From assembly GCA_030141605.1 (NCBI GenBank), contig JAQGDQ010002369.1, forward strand, positions 806,001 through 870,000: 64,000 nt of DNA, given 5' to 3'. Below, in pieces: positions 28,686 to 38,880 of this stretch. Positions within the stretch are counted from its first letter, which is position 1, and each line of letters opens with the position of its first letter. The stretch comes from Tubiluchus corallicola (taxonomy: Eukaryota; Animalia; Priapulida). Under the pieces are notes generated by a model. It did no database searches and was not told where the DNA came from. It was given only the letters and a program-made list of their open reading frames with translations. Position numbers and translations under genes: made by a program.

Positions 28686-30178
28686 AAGCATTCTGGATCT
28701 CTCTGATCTCTGTAATTTGCATAGTTATCCTCTTTTTTTTATTTCTACCTCAACTCGCTTCGACTTCATGGGGTAAGAATATCTTTGTCAAACTTGCCTT
28801 CGGTGATTACTCAACAAAGGCTTCCGTTGGAACTCTCAACCTTTCCTGGTTCGGTCCACAGGAAATGGGAAACCTGGAAGTCAAAGGAAGAGAAGCAGAG
28901 GTCGAACTGGAATACCTTCATGCTGACATTTCTTTATTTGCTCTCTTTACTCTAGGCGATCTCGATCCGGAAATTTTTGAAAAGGTCAATGGCAAAGTAG
29001 AGATTGAAAATGGGACAGTGAACTTCCCTTTTCAAAACACAAAGTTTCATAACATTCATGGTGAATTAGATCATTCAGATAACGATGCTCCTCTTGCTTT
29101 TTCCATGAGGGGGCAATCTACCGAGAGAGGAAACCAGGGCACCTTCGAAGTCAAAGGACATGTTGATCATCTGGGAAAAGAATGGAATGAGTTCGTTTGT
29201 AAGGGCAATCTTGAGCTAAATAACATTCCTACAGCAGGCATTGACAGTCTTGTCTCCTTTCACTTTCCAAAACTGGACCATGTTCTCATTCAAATCCTAG
29301 GTCCACTCATGACCCTGCACTCCAATGTATCGATCGACCAGGGAACGGGAAGGATCGATGGAGACCTCCGTTCAACCCGTCTGAAAACCTATTTGGATGC
29401 CACATTCTCCCACGGAATAATCACTTTAAACCGGAACCTCATCGCAACCATCCAACTTACTCCGGCTCTTAGCAATTATTTACTCCGCGACTTTAATCCT
29501 CTCTTCATAACAGGGATCGAAGCAGAAAACCCCATTCAGCTTGAAGTTTACAGCAGAGGTTTTTCTCTTCCCGTCCATCCCTTCGATATCAGCAAAGCAA
29601 AGATGAAGGCCAACCTGGACATGGGGAAAATCAAATGCCAGAATGGAGGAACTCTCTCACTTCTAATCAGTCTGATGAAGTACCACACTCTCTTCGGTGT
29701 AAATGAGATGAACGTATGGTTCACTCCTGTCAATATCGAGCTGCAAGAAGGGTATGCAATCACAGACAGAATGGATGCTCTCGTTGCCGATACCATACAT
29801 GTTTGTACCTGGGGAAAAGTCAACCTCAAGAATGACAAGATCGATATGATTCTGGGCTTTACCAGACAGGCTCTAGAGCAGGCTTTTCATATCAGCAACC
29901 TTCCCCGAGATTATGTGATGCAAATTCCCCTCAGAGGAACAACAAAAGATCCCAAGATCGATATGGGGAAAGCTGCTGCAAAAATAGCCGCCCTTATCGC
30001 AATCAACGCGACAGATAAGACAAAAGGATTCCTTGGCGGACTCCTCGGCAAAACCATCGCGCCTGAACCACCCGCTCCTCCTCCCAAACTTCCCTTTCCC
30101 TGGGAAGGCAAAGTCCAGCCTGTGCCGAAAGACAGGCCTGAGGCTCAAGACTTCTTTGATCTCTTTAAAAAGAAATAA
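28682..30178 (+). CDS. Membrane-anchored beta-rich hypothetical protein (AsmA-like?)
   Basis: N-terminal TM anchor, repeated beta strands, IPLRGT..DPKID near the C-terminus, and a Pro-rich tail. Confidence 0.6.
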   Translation: MKAFWISLISVICIVILFFLFLPQLASTSWGKNIFVKLAFGDYSTKASVGTLNLSWFGPQEMGNLEVKGREAEVELEYLHADISLFALFTLGDLDPEIFEKVNGKVEIENGTVNFPFQNTKFHNIHGELDHSDNDAPLAFSMRGQSTERGNQGTFEVKGHVDHLGKEWNEFVCKGNLELNNIPTAGIDSLVSFHFPKLDHVLIQILGPLMTLHSNVSIDQGTGRIDGDLRSTRLKTYLDATFSHGIITLNRNLIATIQLTPALSNYLLRDFNPLFITGIEAENPIQLEVYSRGFSLPVHPFDISKAKMKANLDMGKIKCQNGGTLSLLISLMKYHTLFGVNEMNVWFTPVNIELQEGYAITDRMDALVADTIHVCTWGKVNLKNDKIDMILGFTRQALEQAFHISNLPRDYVMQIPLRGTTKDPKIDMGKAAAKIAALIAINATDKTKGFLGGLLGKTIAPEPPAPPPKLPFPWEGKVQPVPKDRPEAQDFFDLFKKK

Positions 30179-30270
30179 AATTATTTCTTTACATATTAAT
30201 TATATTAAACATTAATTTTAATTAAAAAAAACCATACCATATTAAACTTTGTTTAATAAAAGGGAAGAAG

Positions 30271-30561
30271 ATGACTACAGCAATTGAACCAGATGATTCC
30301 TGTCCGATCAGCCTCGATGAGTTTGATCAGCATGATTCTGTTATTTTTCATGAGAAACGACACCCCACCCATACTGATTGCCTAAGAAAATGGGTTATGC
30401 TCCATCCTACCTGCCCAGTCTGCAGGTTAGAATTGAATACTGATGGTATCTTGGCGACTAGAGAAAAAATCCAAAAGCTTTTGATTGATTGGATTTATAG
30501 AGCCGCCGATTTCATTTTTACCCCAAATATAGACGGGGACCCAGACCTGGAATACGTATAA
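30271..30561 (+). CDS. RING-finger protein (atypical ligands)
   Basis: CPISL..HEKRHPTHTDCLRKW..TCPVCR. Confidence 0.75.
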   Translation: MTTAIEPDDSCPISLDEFDQHDSVIFHEKRHPTHTDCLRKWVMLHPTCPVCRLELNTDGILATREKIQKLLIDWIYRAADFIFTPNIDGDPDLEYV

Positions 30562-30578
30562 AAAAGGAGATATATAGA

Positions 30579-30893
30579 ATGTCGATAATACCTATTCAGA
30601 AAGGAGACACCTGCCCTATTTGTCTTGAGAAATTTCAAGTGAATCAACGTCTAGCCTATCATGATGTAAAACATCCTTTTCATTTTGATTGTATAAAAGA
30701 TTGGGCTTGGAATAACAAAGACTGTCCCGTTTGTAGAAGAGAGATAAAGCAGGATCAGTTGTTCACTCCTATTGAGAAAGCCCAAAAGGCTATTTTGGTA
30801 AAAGCACAGCAAATTGCAACTTTTCTTGTTCAAGCAAGTCGGGAAGAGAGACAACCTACTGCTCTTGAATTCATTCTCGATAATAGTATGTAA
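30579..30893 (+). CDS. RING-finger protein
   Basis: CPICLEKF..HDVKHPFHFDCIKDW..DCPVCR, with AAGGAG RBS. Confidence 0.82.
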   Translation: MSIIPIQKGDTCPICLEKFQVNQRLAYHDVKHPFHFDCIKDWAWNNKDCPVCRREIKQDQLFTPIEKAQKAILVKAQQIATFLVQASREERQPTALEFILDNSM

Positions 30894-30909
30894 AGACACT
30901 CGATCTCAA

Positions 30910-31968
30910 CTACGCGACATGAATCTCTTTGCAGAGATAGACATCCTGGATGGTATTGAGGAGCTTTACACCCTCTTTCAAAGGCTTTTGGAACGCTTTG
31001 CGGCCTGAGATCAGCCCCATTCCGCCACCACGCTTATTGATAACCGCTGTTTTGGCGGCGACTGCAAGATCATCTTTTCCGGAAGCTCCGCCTGAATTGA
31101 TCAGGCCAATGCGACCCATGTAGTTGTTGGCCACTTGGTAACGGAGAAGATCGATCGGATGATCGGAGCAAAGATCGGTGTACATGAGATCCGAGTACTT
31201 ACCGAATTTGACTGCCTTGTATCCCCCGTTATTCGTGGGGAGTTTTTGTTTGATGATGTCTGCCTGGATCGTAACTCCGAGATGATTGGCCTGTCCGGTG
31301 AGGTCTGCTGCATTATGATAGTCTTTCTCTTTCGTTTTGAATGCCGGATTTCTCAGGTAGCACCATAGGATGGTCATCATGCCAAGGTCATGGGCTATCT
31401 CAAACGCTTGGCTCACTTCGACGAGTTGTCTTCTGCTGTCTTCAGAGCCGAAATAAATCGTAGCTCCGACACCAATGCATCCCATTTCAAAAGCCTGCTG
31501 CATCGAGGCAAACATGATCTGATCATAAGTATTGGGATAGGAAAGCATTTCATTGTGATTGAACTTGAGAATGAAAGGAATCTTATGCGCGTACTTTCTT
31601 GCAACACTACCTAATACACCTAAAGTTGAAGCAACTCCGTTGCATCCACCTTCGATGGCCAGCTTCACGATATTTTCAGGGTCGAAATAATCGGGGTTGG
31701 GAGCAAAGGAGGCACCAGCACTATGTTCGATTCCCTGGTCGACAGGCAAAATGGAAAGATAGCCGGAATTTTTCAGTCTTCCATGGCCGTAAAGAGCTTG
31801 AATACTGCTAAGGACTCTTGTTGGACGGTCTGTCTGCATAAATATCCGGTCGACAAAGTCAGGTCCGGGAATATGAATTTTTTCTTTCGCAATGGTCTTA
31901 CATTTATGCGTAAGCAATGACTGGGCATCCTTACCCAAAAGAGATTCAATAGCAGCAAGAGAAGACAT
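30910..31968 (-). CDS. fbaB: Class I fructose-bisphosphate aldolase (DhnA type)
   Basis: [31 protein letters not shown] and [10 protein letters not shown]. Confidence 0.95.
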   Translation of the reverse strand: MSSLAAIESLLGKDAQSLLTHKCKTIAKEKIHIPGPDFVDRIFMQTDRPTRVLSSIQALYGHGRLKNSGYLSILPVDQGIEHSAGASFAPNPDYFDPENIVKLAIEGGCNGVASTLGVLGSVARKYAHKIPFILKFNHNEMLSYPNTYDQIMFASMQQAFEMGCIGVGATIYFGSEDSRRQLVEVSQAFEIAHDLGMMTILWCYLRNPAFKTKEKDYHNAADLTGQANHLGVTIQADIIKQKLPTNNGGYKAVKFGKYSDLMYTDLCSDHPIDLLRYQVANNYMGRIGLINSGGASGKDDLAVAAKTAVINKRGGGMGLISGRKAFQKPLKEGVKLLNTIQDVYLCKEIHVA

Positions 31969-32021
31969 AGACGCTCCGATTTATTTAGAGTGTGTTGTCC
32001 TAGAGAATAGAGATTTTTGAT

Positions 32022-33398
32022 TTAAATGCAAACGAGCTTGGAACGAGGCTTAGAAACAACTTTACCAACCAGGTCGTAATCGGCAGCATCAGTGATTTCG
32101 ACTTCATAAAATTCGCCAAAGGTGTCGACTCCTGTTGGATCATTGATGATGATTTGTCCGTCGATATCGGGACATTGATGCTGACTTCGAGCTATGATTA
32201 ACAGTTCTGACTCAGGATGATATCCTTCCACAAGAGCTTTAAATCGTTTTCCAATCAGCGCCTGGTTCTTCTTTTTCACAACCTCTTGTTGTTCCTTCAT
32301 CAGAAGTTCGAGTCTTTGCAACTTTACTTCCTCAGAAATTTGATCGGGTAGATTGTAAGCATAGGCTTCTTTCTCACGGGAAAAGGAGAAAACACCAACG
32401 TGGTCTAACTGGTATTCTTCGACAAAGGCAACCAGCTCCTGGAACTGCTCCTCCGTCTCTCCAGGGAATCCCACCATCAGACTGGTACGTATGGTGATCT
32501 CGGGAATCGCAGAACGCAGCTTTTCAATGATCTCCATGATCTGGGTCCGGCTTGTCTTTCTGTGCATCGCTTTCAACATCGTATCGTTGATGTGCTGGAT
32601 CGGCATATCGAGATAGGGACAGATGCGGGGATCTGACTTTAGTACTGCAATTAGATCATCATCGATTTCATCAGGATAAAGATACAACAGACGTATCCAG
32701 TAGTCTCCTGGCACTTCCAACATCTTGCAAAGCAAGTCTGAAAGAGCTCTTTTTTCTTTTCGATCCTTCCCATAATCCCCCAAATCCTGGGCAATCATGA
32801 TCACTTCTTTAACGCCTTGAGAAAGAAGAGACCGGAATTCTTTTAATACCTGTTCATCTGCCTTGCTCTTCAACGGCCCCTTGATCGTAGGGATGATGCA
32901 GAAACTGCACCGCTTTTTACAGCCTTCAGCGATTTTCAAATATGCATAATTTTGAGTAGCGACGGTTCGGGGAACTTCGCCCCATTCAAGATAACTCTTT
33001 GCAGAGCTGACATTTTCTCCCTGCCCCTCAGACTGAACCGCATTCAAGATCCCTTCCACATCGCCGGATCCCAGAAAATAATGAATATTCGGAAATCTTT
33101 CTTTGAGAAGTTCCTTATGCTTTTGGACCATGCATCCAGCAATAATAACCTTTGCATCATCTCTTCCATCCTCGAACAACTCTTCAATCGTATCCAGGGC
33201 CTCTTGTCGGGAAGCTTCCAAAAAACCGCAAGTATTGACGACAAAGTAATCGGCTTCCTCTACATCCTCAACGCATTCGTATCCGTTCTTGAGCAGAAGG
33301 CCGATCATCACTTCGCTATCGACCCAGTTCCTGGCACAGCCCAGGCTGGTAAAATGAAATTTATTCTTAAATGAAATATCACGGTTCAACATGGCCAT
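32022..33398 (-). CDS. rimO: Ribosomal protein S12 methylthiotransferase
   Basis: SLGCARNWVDSE, NTCGF, radical SAM CxxxCxxC (EGCKKRCSFC), RLLYLYP and a TRAM domain. Confidence 0.95.
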   Translation of the reverse strand: MAMLNRDISFKNKFHFTSLGCARNWVDSEVMIGLLLKNGYECVEDVEEADYFVVNTCGFLEASRQEALDTIEELFEDGRDDAKVIIAGCMVQKHKELLKERFPNIHYFLGSGDVEGILNAVQSEGQGENVSSAKSYLEWGEVPRTVATQNYAYLKIAEGCKKRCSFCIIPTIKGPLKSKADEQVLKEFRSLLSQGVKEVIMIAQDLGDYGKDRKEKRALSDLLCKMLEVPGDYWIRLLYLYPDEIDDDLIAVLKSDPRICPYLDMPIQHINDTMLKAMHRKTSRTQIMEIIEKLRSAIPEITIRTSLMVGFPGETEEQFQELVAFVEEYQLDHVGVFSFSREKEAYAYNLPDQISEEVKLQRLELLMKEQQEVVKKKNQALIGKRFKALVEGYHPESELLIIARSQHQCPDIDGQIIINDPTGVDTFGEFYEVEITDAADYDLVGKVVSKPRSKLVCI

Positions 33399-33487
33399 CT
33401 ATTATGGTTCAACACCCTATAAATTTCCACCTTTCCCTTTATCATCACAGAGTTGTAATATGGCTCTCTTCACTTAAGGAGCAGATC

Positions 33488-35074
33488 ATGAAAGTTTTCC
33501 CCACAGTACTATCTCTACTACTTTTCATTTCGTTCAGTTGCCAGAAAAAAGACATCCCCCAGAGCAGGCAAACTCTCCGGCTTAACCTATCTTCAGAACT
33601 GACTACGATTGATCCCCGAAAGGGCACAGACCTTGCTCCCCATATTGTAATGAGGACTCTTTTTGAAGGCCTGATGCGCCTTGATGATGAAGGAAAAGCG
33701 CAGCCAGCTTTAGCTGAAGCTGTGGAAGTTGCTTCCGATGGAATGACCTTTACTTTTCATTTGAGGAAGTCCTTCTGGTCCAACAAGGATCCCATTACTG
33801 CTCATGACTTTGTGCGAACCTACCATGAGATCCTCTCTCCCCTTTCCGATTCACGAAATGCCTGGATTCTTTATCCGATCAAGGGAGCCAAAGAAGCAAA
33901 AGAGAATAAGAGAGAGCTCGAGACCATTGGAATTAGAGCCATTGATGATCGAACTCTTGTATTCGAGCTTGAATACCCTATTCCCTTTTTTCTGGAACTG
34001 ACAGCTCATACTCCTTTTTATCCCGTACACGCACACTCCTCAGTCTTTTTTGAAGACTCTTCCAATGCTTCTGATTTAGTATGCAGCGGTCCTTTTCGCC
34101 TGAAAGAATGGATCGTGAACTCCCACCTTCTTTTGGAAAAGAATCCCGATTACTGGGATAGCAAACAGGTCAAGATGGAACAGATTCACTTAAGCGTAGT
34201 CAAGGATCCCATGACTGCCTTGCGTCTTTTCGAGCAGGGAGAACTGGACGGGATCGGCCAGCCTCTGAGCAATCTCCCTCCAGATGCAATGGAAGAGCTT
34301 AGAGAAAGGTATACTTTTGAGAAGGCTCCTATCGCTGCAACCTGCTGGCTTGTTTTCAATACGCAAAAGCCTCCCTTTGATAATGCCCATCTTCGAAAAG
34401 CTTTCAATCTGGCCATTCACCGCAAAGCTCTGATCGAACATGTTCTTCAAGAAGATCATGTTCCTGCAATGGGAGCCATTCCCCATTGTGTTCGTGCAGG
34501 TGAAGACCATTTTCAGGATGCCGACGTGGAAGCAGCCAAAGTCCATTTTGAAGAGGCCCTGAAAGAACTCAATATCAAACGGGAAGATTTGAACATTACC
34601 TTCGATTATTCTCTAAGCGACATCAACCATCGTCTCGGACAAGCTTTGCAGCAACAGTGGTACAAGACGTTTGGAATTCAGGTGAAACTTCATTGCCAGG
34701 AATGGAAAGTACATCTCTCAAAAATGGTCGGTGGAGATTATCAGATTGCCAGAACAGCATGGTTCGGCGATTACAATGATCCCATTTCATTTCTGGACCT
34801 GTTCAAATATCAGTCCAATGGAACGAACTATCCCCGATGGAAAAATGACTCCTTTACCCAGCTATTGGAAAAAGCCCTATGGGCCGTCGACATGGACCAT
34901 CGGACAGCTCTTCTGGAAAAAGCTGAAAAAGTATTGATGGAAGACATGCCTATTTCTCCTATTTTCTTCTATCACTACAACTACTTGAAAACTCCAAATT
35001 TGAAGGGTTATAACGTCAACAAAATTGGAGAAGTCGATTTTAAAACAGCATTTTTTGAGGAAGATAGGGATTGA
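33488..35074 (+). CDS. oppA: Oligopeptide ABC transporter substrate-binding lipoprotein
   Basis: AAGGAG RBS, lipobox-like FISFSC, LFEGLMR, SGPFRLKEW and WFGDYNDP. Confidence 0.9.
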   Translation: MKVFPTVLSLLLFISFSCQKKDIPQSRQTLRLNLSSELTTIDPRKGTDLAPHIVMRTLFEGLMRLDDEGKAQPALAEAVEVASDGMTFTFHLRKSFWSNKDPITAHDFVRTYHEILSPLSDSRNAWILYPIKGAKEAKENKRELETIGIRAIDDRTLVFELEYPIPFFLELTAHTPFYPVHAHSSVFFEDSSNASDLVCSGPFRLKEWIVNSHLLLEKNPDYWDSKQVKMEQIHLSVVKDPMTALRLFEQGELDGIGQPLSNLPPDAMEELRERYTFEKAPIAATCWLVFNTQKPPFDNAHLRKAFNLAIHRKALIEHVLQEDHVPAMGAIPHCVRAGEDHFQDADVEAAKVHFEEALKELNIKREDLNITFDYSLSDINHRLGQALQQQWYKTFGIQVKLHCQEWKVHLSKMVGGDYQIARTAWFGDYNDPISFLDLFKYQSNGTNYPRWKNDSFTQLLEKALWAVDMDHRTALLEKAEKVLMEDMPISPIFFYHYNYLKTPNLKGYNVNKIGEVDFKTAFFEEDRD

Positions 35075-36027
35075 CACTCGCCTATTTTATTAAAAGAATA
35101 CTCGTTCTCTTTTTGTCGCTTTTCTTAGTGATTACAGGAACTTTTTTTCTCATGAAAATCATTCCTGGAGATCCCTTCATCCAGGATAAGATCGTTCCAC
35201 AGGAAGTGATGGAAGCGATCCATCTATATTATGGACTGGACAAACCTCTTTGGCTCCAATACCTGAAATACCTCAAAGGATTCGTCACTGCTGATTTAGG
35301 GCCTTCGTTAATTTATCAGGGAAGATCAGTCAATCAAATCATTCGGGAAGGACTTCCTGTCTCTGCTGCTGTTGGAGTCCAGGCTCTTCTTCTATCTTTG
35401 TTCTTAGGAACGCTTTTGGGAAGCATAGCAGCCGCCAAACAACAAAAATGGCAGAACAATGCAGCGATGATTTTTACCACCATTGGAATTTCCATTCCCA
35501 ACTTCGTCATGGCCTCTTTGCTTCAATATATTTTTTGTATGAAGTTGAACCTATTGCCTGTAGCTCGCTGGGGATCTTACGGACATACGATCCTTCCCAC
35601 CATCGCACTGGCCTGTATGCCCACAGCATTCATCGCCCGCCTGATCCGAGCAAACATGGTCGAGGTATTGAAACAGGATTACATTAAAACTGCCTATGCC
35701 AAGGGACTCAAACTTCCAAAAGTTATTTTAAAACATGCTCTTCGCAATGCAATTCTTCCTGTTGTCTCTTATTTGGGCCCAATTGCGACTTATCTATTGA
35801 CAGGAAGCTTTGTCATTGAAAAAATCTTCGGGATTCCTGGATTAGGCCAATGGTTAGTATTGAGTATTTCAAATCGAGATTATCCTGTAATATTAGGATT
35901 GACTGTATTCTACAGTACTTTGTTGTTAACAATCGTTTTTTTAGTCGACATTCTCTATACGTTCATCGATCCTCGCGTCCAAATTTCTCAGAGGAGAGAA
36001 GATGAAAGGACAGAATTTGCTTTTTGA
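35071..36027 (+). CDS. oppB: Oligopeptide ABC permease
   Basis: PGDPF, YGLDKPL, EAA loop DYIKTAYAKGL, and NRDYPVI. Confidence 0.93.
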   Translation: MTLAYFIKRILVLFLSLFLVITGTFFLMKIIPGDPFIQDKIVPQEVMEAIHLYYGLDKPLWLQYLKYLKGFVTADLGPSLIYQGRSVNQIIREGLPVSAAVGVQALLLSLFLGTLLGSIAAAKQQKWQNNAAMIFTTIGISIPNFVMASLLQYIFCMKLNLLPVARWGSYGHTILPTIALACMPTAFIARLIRANMVEVLKQDYIKTAYAKGLKLPKVILKHALRNAILPVVSYLGPIATYLLTGSFVIEKIFGIPGLGQWLVLSISNRDYPVILGLTVFYSTLLLTIVFLVDILYTFIDPRVQISQRREDERTEFAF

Positions 36028-36928
36028 ACCTCTAGATCCGTCAGAGATTCAAATCCCTTTTGAAGTCTCTCATTCTCTCAGCTATTGGCAGGATGTTTGG
36101 AGAAGATTCAAAAAGCATAAGATTGCCATTGCTGCCCTAGTTCTTATTGCCCTTCTCGCAGCTCTTTCTCTGGTCGGGCCATACCTCAAAACCTATTCCT
36201 ATTTTGAAACAAATCTCGACATCAAAAATCTATCTCCATCAAAAACATTCTGGTTTGGAACGGATGAATTAGGACGGGATATTTTTACCCGGGTGTGGAT
36301 GGGAGCCAGGATCTCTTTTCTCGTCGGCGTAGCAGCTGCCGTCATCGACCTTGTAATCGGAGTCATTTGGGGCACAACGGCTGCCGTTTTTGGTGGCAAA
36401 ATTGATGAGATCATGATGCGCATCTCTGATATTTTGTATTCCATCCCCTATCTTCTTACCGTTATCTTATTGATGGTCGTCCTGGGAGCCGGCCTTTTAA
36501 CCATTCTCATCGCCTTAACTTTAACGGGATGGATCAATATGGCCCGGATCGTAAGAGGACAGATATTACAGCTCAAAGAATGTGAGTTCATCTGCGCCGC
36601 GAAAGCGCTTGGAGCATCGAGAGCAAGAATCATTATGAGACATCTGATTCCCAATGCCATGGGGCCGATCCTTGCTACAATGACCCTGACCATACCAACG
36701 GCTATTTTTACGGAAGCCTTTTTGAGTTTTCTGGGACTTGGCATTCAAGCTCCGATTGCGAGTTTGGGAGTCATGATCAGTGATGCTTTAGGGGCATTCA
36801 ATTATTTTCCCTGGAGATTATTTTTTCCCGCCCTGGTCCTGACTGTGGCGATTTTTGCCCTAAACCTTTTAGGCGATAGTTTAAGAGATATATTAGATCC
36901 CCGATTTCATAATGAGCTTGATACTTAA
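36002..36928 (+). CDS. oppC: Oligopeptide ABC permease
   Basis: FGTDELGRD, AAKALGAS and EAFLSFLGLG. Confidence 0.93.
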   Translation: MKGQNLLFEPLDPSEIQIPFEVSHSLSYWQDVWRRFKKHKIAIAALVLIALLAALSLVGPYLKTYSYFETNLDIKNLSPSKTFWFGTDELGRDIFTRVWMGARISFLVGVAAAVIDLVIGVIWGTTAAVFGGKIDEIMMRISDILYSIPYLLTVILLMVVLGAGLLTILIALTLTGWINMARIVRGQILQLKECEFICAAKALGASRARIIMRHLIPNAMGPILATMTLTIPTAIFTEAFLSFLGLGIQAPIASLGVMISDALGAFNYFPWRLFFPALVLTVAIFALNLLGDSLRDILDPRFHNELDT

Positions 36929-37931
36929 TGTAGAAAATTTATCTGTCTCCTTTGAAGCTTCTCAAAAGAAGATTCTGGCAGTAAGAAATGCCAACTTTCA
37001 ACTCTTTGAAGGAGAAACCATTGGTATTGTTGGTGAGTCGGGCTGTGGAAAAAGCGTCCTTACCCAATCTCTCTTAAAGCTCATTCAAATGCCTCCGGGA
37101 AAAATAGAAAGCGGATCGGTTTTCTTCGAGGGAAAGAATCTTCTTTCATTGGAAGAGAAAGAGCTTTCTTCTTACCGGGGACATAAAATTGGAATGGTCT
37201 TCCAAGATCCTTTTACCTCGCTAAATCCCACAATGGTCATCGGCAAACAGATTATGGAGCCTCTTCTATCCCATAATCTCTGTTCAACCTCTGCTGCAAA
37301 AGAAAGAGCCCTTGAACTTCTCCATCTTGTCGGCATCCCCAATCCCTCAGATCGCTTTTACCAGTATCCGCATGAACTGTCCGGTGGAATGAGACAAAGG
37401 GTAATGATCGCTATCTCATTAGCCTGCAAACCACAAATCCTGATTGCCGATGAACCGACTACAGCCCTTGATGTCACCATCCAGGCACAAATCCTAGACC
37501 TGGTGCTTAAGGAAATCAAAAAGAAGACACAGACAAGCATTCTATTGATCACACACGACTTGGGCGTTATATCGAGCATATGTGATCGTGTGTTAGTGAT
37601 GTATGCGGGAAAAATCATCGAGACCGGTCCTGTTGAAAAGGTTTTAAAATCACCTCTTCATCCTTATACCCAAATGCTCCTCGATTCTCTTTTCCGTCTC
37701 GACGAAAAACAGAAAAAGGAATTAAAGGAAGGCTCTCCTCCTGTATTGGTCCGTGACATCAAGGGTTGTGCTTTCACACCGAGATGTCCCGCAGCAATGA
37801 ATATCTGTGCAAAAATATCTCCTCCCATGATGACAAAAGGAAAACCGGCTGCCTCATGCTGGCTCCATCAAAGGAAAACTCATGACCCCTCTATTAAAAG
37901 TAAGGAATCTCAAAAAGTATTTTCCCGTTAA
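36912..37931 (+). CDS. oppD: Oligopeptide ABC ATPase
   Basis: [24 protein letters not shown] and an Fe-S Cys tail. The true stop may be near 37885 (possible missing A). Confidence 0.92.
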   Translation: MSLILNVENLSVSFEASQKKILAVRNANFQLFEGETIGIVGESGCGKSVLTQSLLKLIQMPPGKIESGSVFFEGKNLLSLEEKELSSYRGHKIGMVFQDPFTSLNPTMVIGKQIMEPLLSHNLCSTSAAKERALELLHLVGIPNPSDRFYQYPHELSGGMRQRVMIAISLACKPQILIADEPTTALDVTIQAQILDLVLKEIKKKTQTSILLITHDLGVISSICDRVLVMYAGKIIETGPVEKVLKSPLHPYTQMLLDSLFRLDEKQKKELKEGSPPVLVRDIKGCAFTPRCPAAMNICAKISPPMMTKGKPAASCWLHQRKTHDPSIKSKESQKVFSR

Positions 37932-38829
37932 TAAACAGTGTCTGAAAGCTGTCGACGACATTAGTTTTGACATCCAATCGGGAGAAACTTTGGGATTGGT
38001 GGGAGAATCTGGCTGTGGGAAATCAACTGTTGGAAAAATGGTCCTACGGCTTCTTGAGCCCACCCAGGGGGATATTTTTTTCGAGGGAAAACAACTCGGG
38101 AAACTGAAAAAACGGGAAATGCACGCCTTTCGTAAAAAAGCCCAAATCATATTTCAAGATCCCTATGCTTCTTTGGATCCCAGAATGACAGTTGGCGATA
38201 CTATTGGTGAAGCACTAGAGATTCATCATCTTGCTCCCCATTCTAAGAGAAAATCCAAAATCGAAGAACTGCTTAATCTTGTCCAGCTGCATCCTTCAAT
38301 GATGAACAGGTTTCCTCATGAGTTCAGCGGAGGACAAAGGCAAAGGATAACAATTGCAAGAGCTCTTGCTGTCAGTCCTCAATTCATAGTTTGTGATGAA
38401 CCAATATCAGCCCTTGATGTTTCCATCCAGGCACAGATCATTCATCTACTGACAAAACTTCAAAAACAATTCCAACTGACCTATTTATTCATCGCTCATG
38501 ATCTTGCTGTCGTCAAATATATATCAGACAGGGTAGCAGTGATGTACCTCGGTCACATCATGGAGCTTGCTTCAAAAGAAGACCTCTTCGCAAACCCGCT
38601 TCACCCCTATACCCGAGCCCTCCTCTCTGCCGTTCCCATTCCTGATCCAGAGAGAGAGAGAAAAAGGAGTCGTATCATTTTGAAAGGAGACGTTCCCTCT
38701 CCGATCGATCCACCGAAAGGATGTCCTTTCTGTTCCCGTTGTCCAAAGGCACAAAGCATTTGTTTTGTGAAAAAACCAGAGTTCAAAATGGTTTCTCCTT
38801 CTCATTTTTCAGCATGTCATTTTCAATAA
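37882..38829 (+). CDS. oppF: Oligopeptide ABC ATPase
   Basis: [25 protein letters not shown] and GCPFCSRC. Confidence 0.93.
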   Translation: MTPLLKVRNLKKYFPVNKQCLKAVDDISFDIQSGETLGLVGESGCGKSTVGKMVLRLLEPTQGDIFFEGKQLGKLKKREMHAFRKKAQIIFQDPYASLDPRMTVGDTIGEALEIHHLAPHSKRKSKIEELLNLVQLHPSMMNRFPHEFSGGQRQRITIARALAVSPQFIVCDEPISALDVSIQAQIIHLLTKLQKQFQLTYLFIAHDLAVVKYISDRVAVMYLGHIMELASKEDLFANPLHPYTRALLSAVPIPDPERERKRSRIILKGDVPSPIDPPKGCPFCSRCPKAQSICFVKKPEFKMVSPSHFSACHFQ

Positions 38830-38880
38830 TCTTTTCTTCTGATACACATTAGATTCATACTATAGGTAGAGGTTTTTCCT

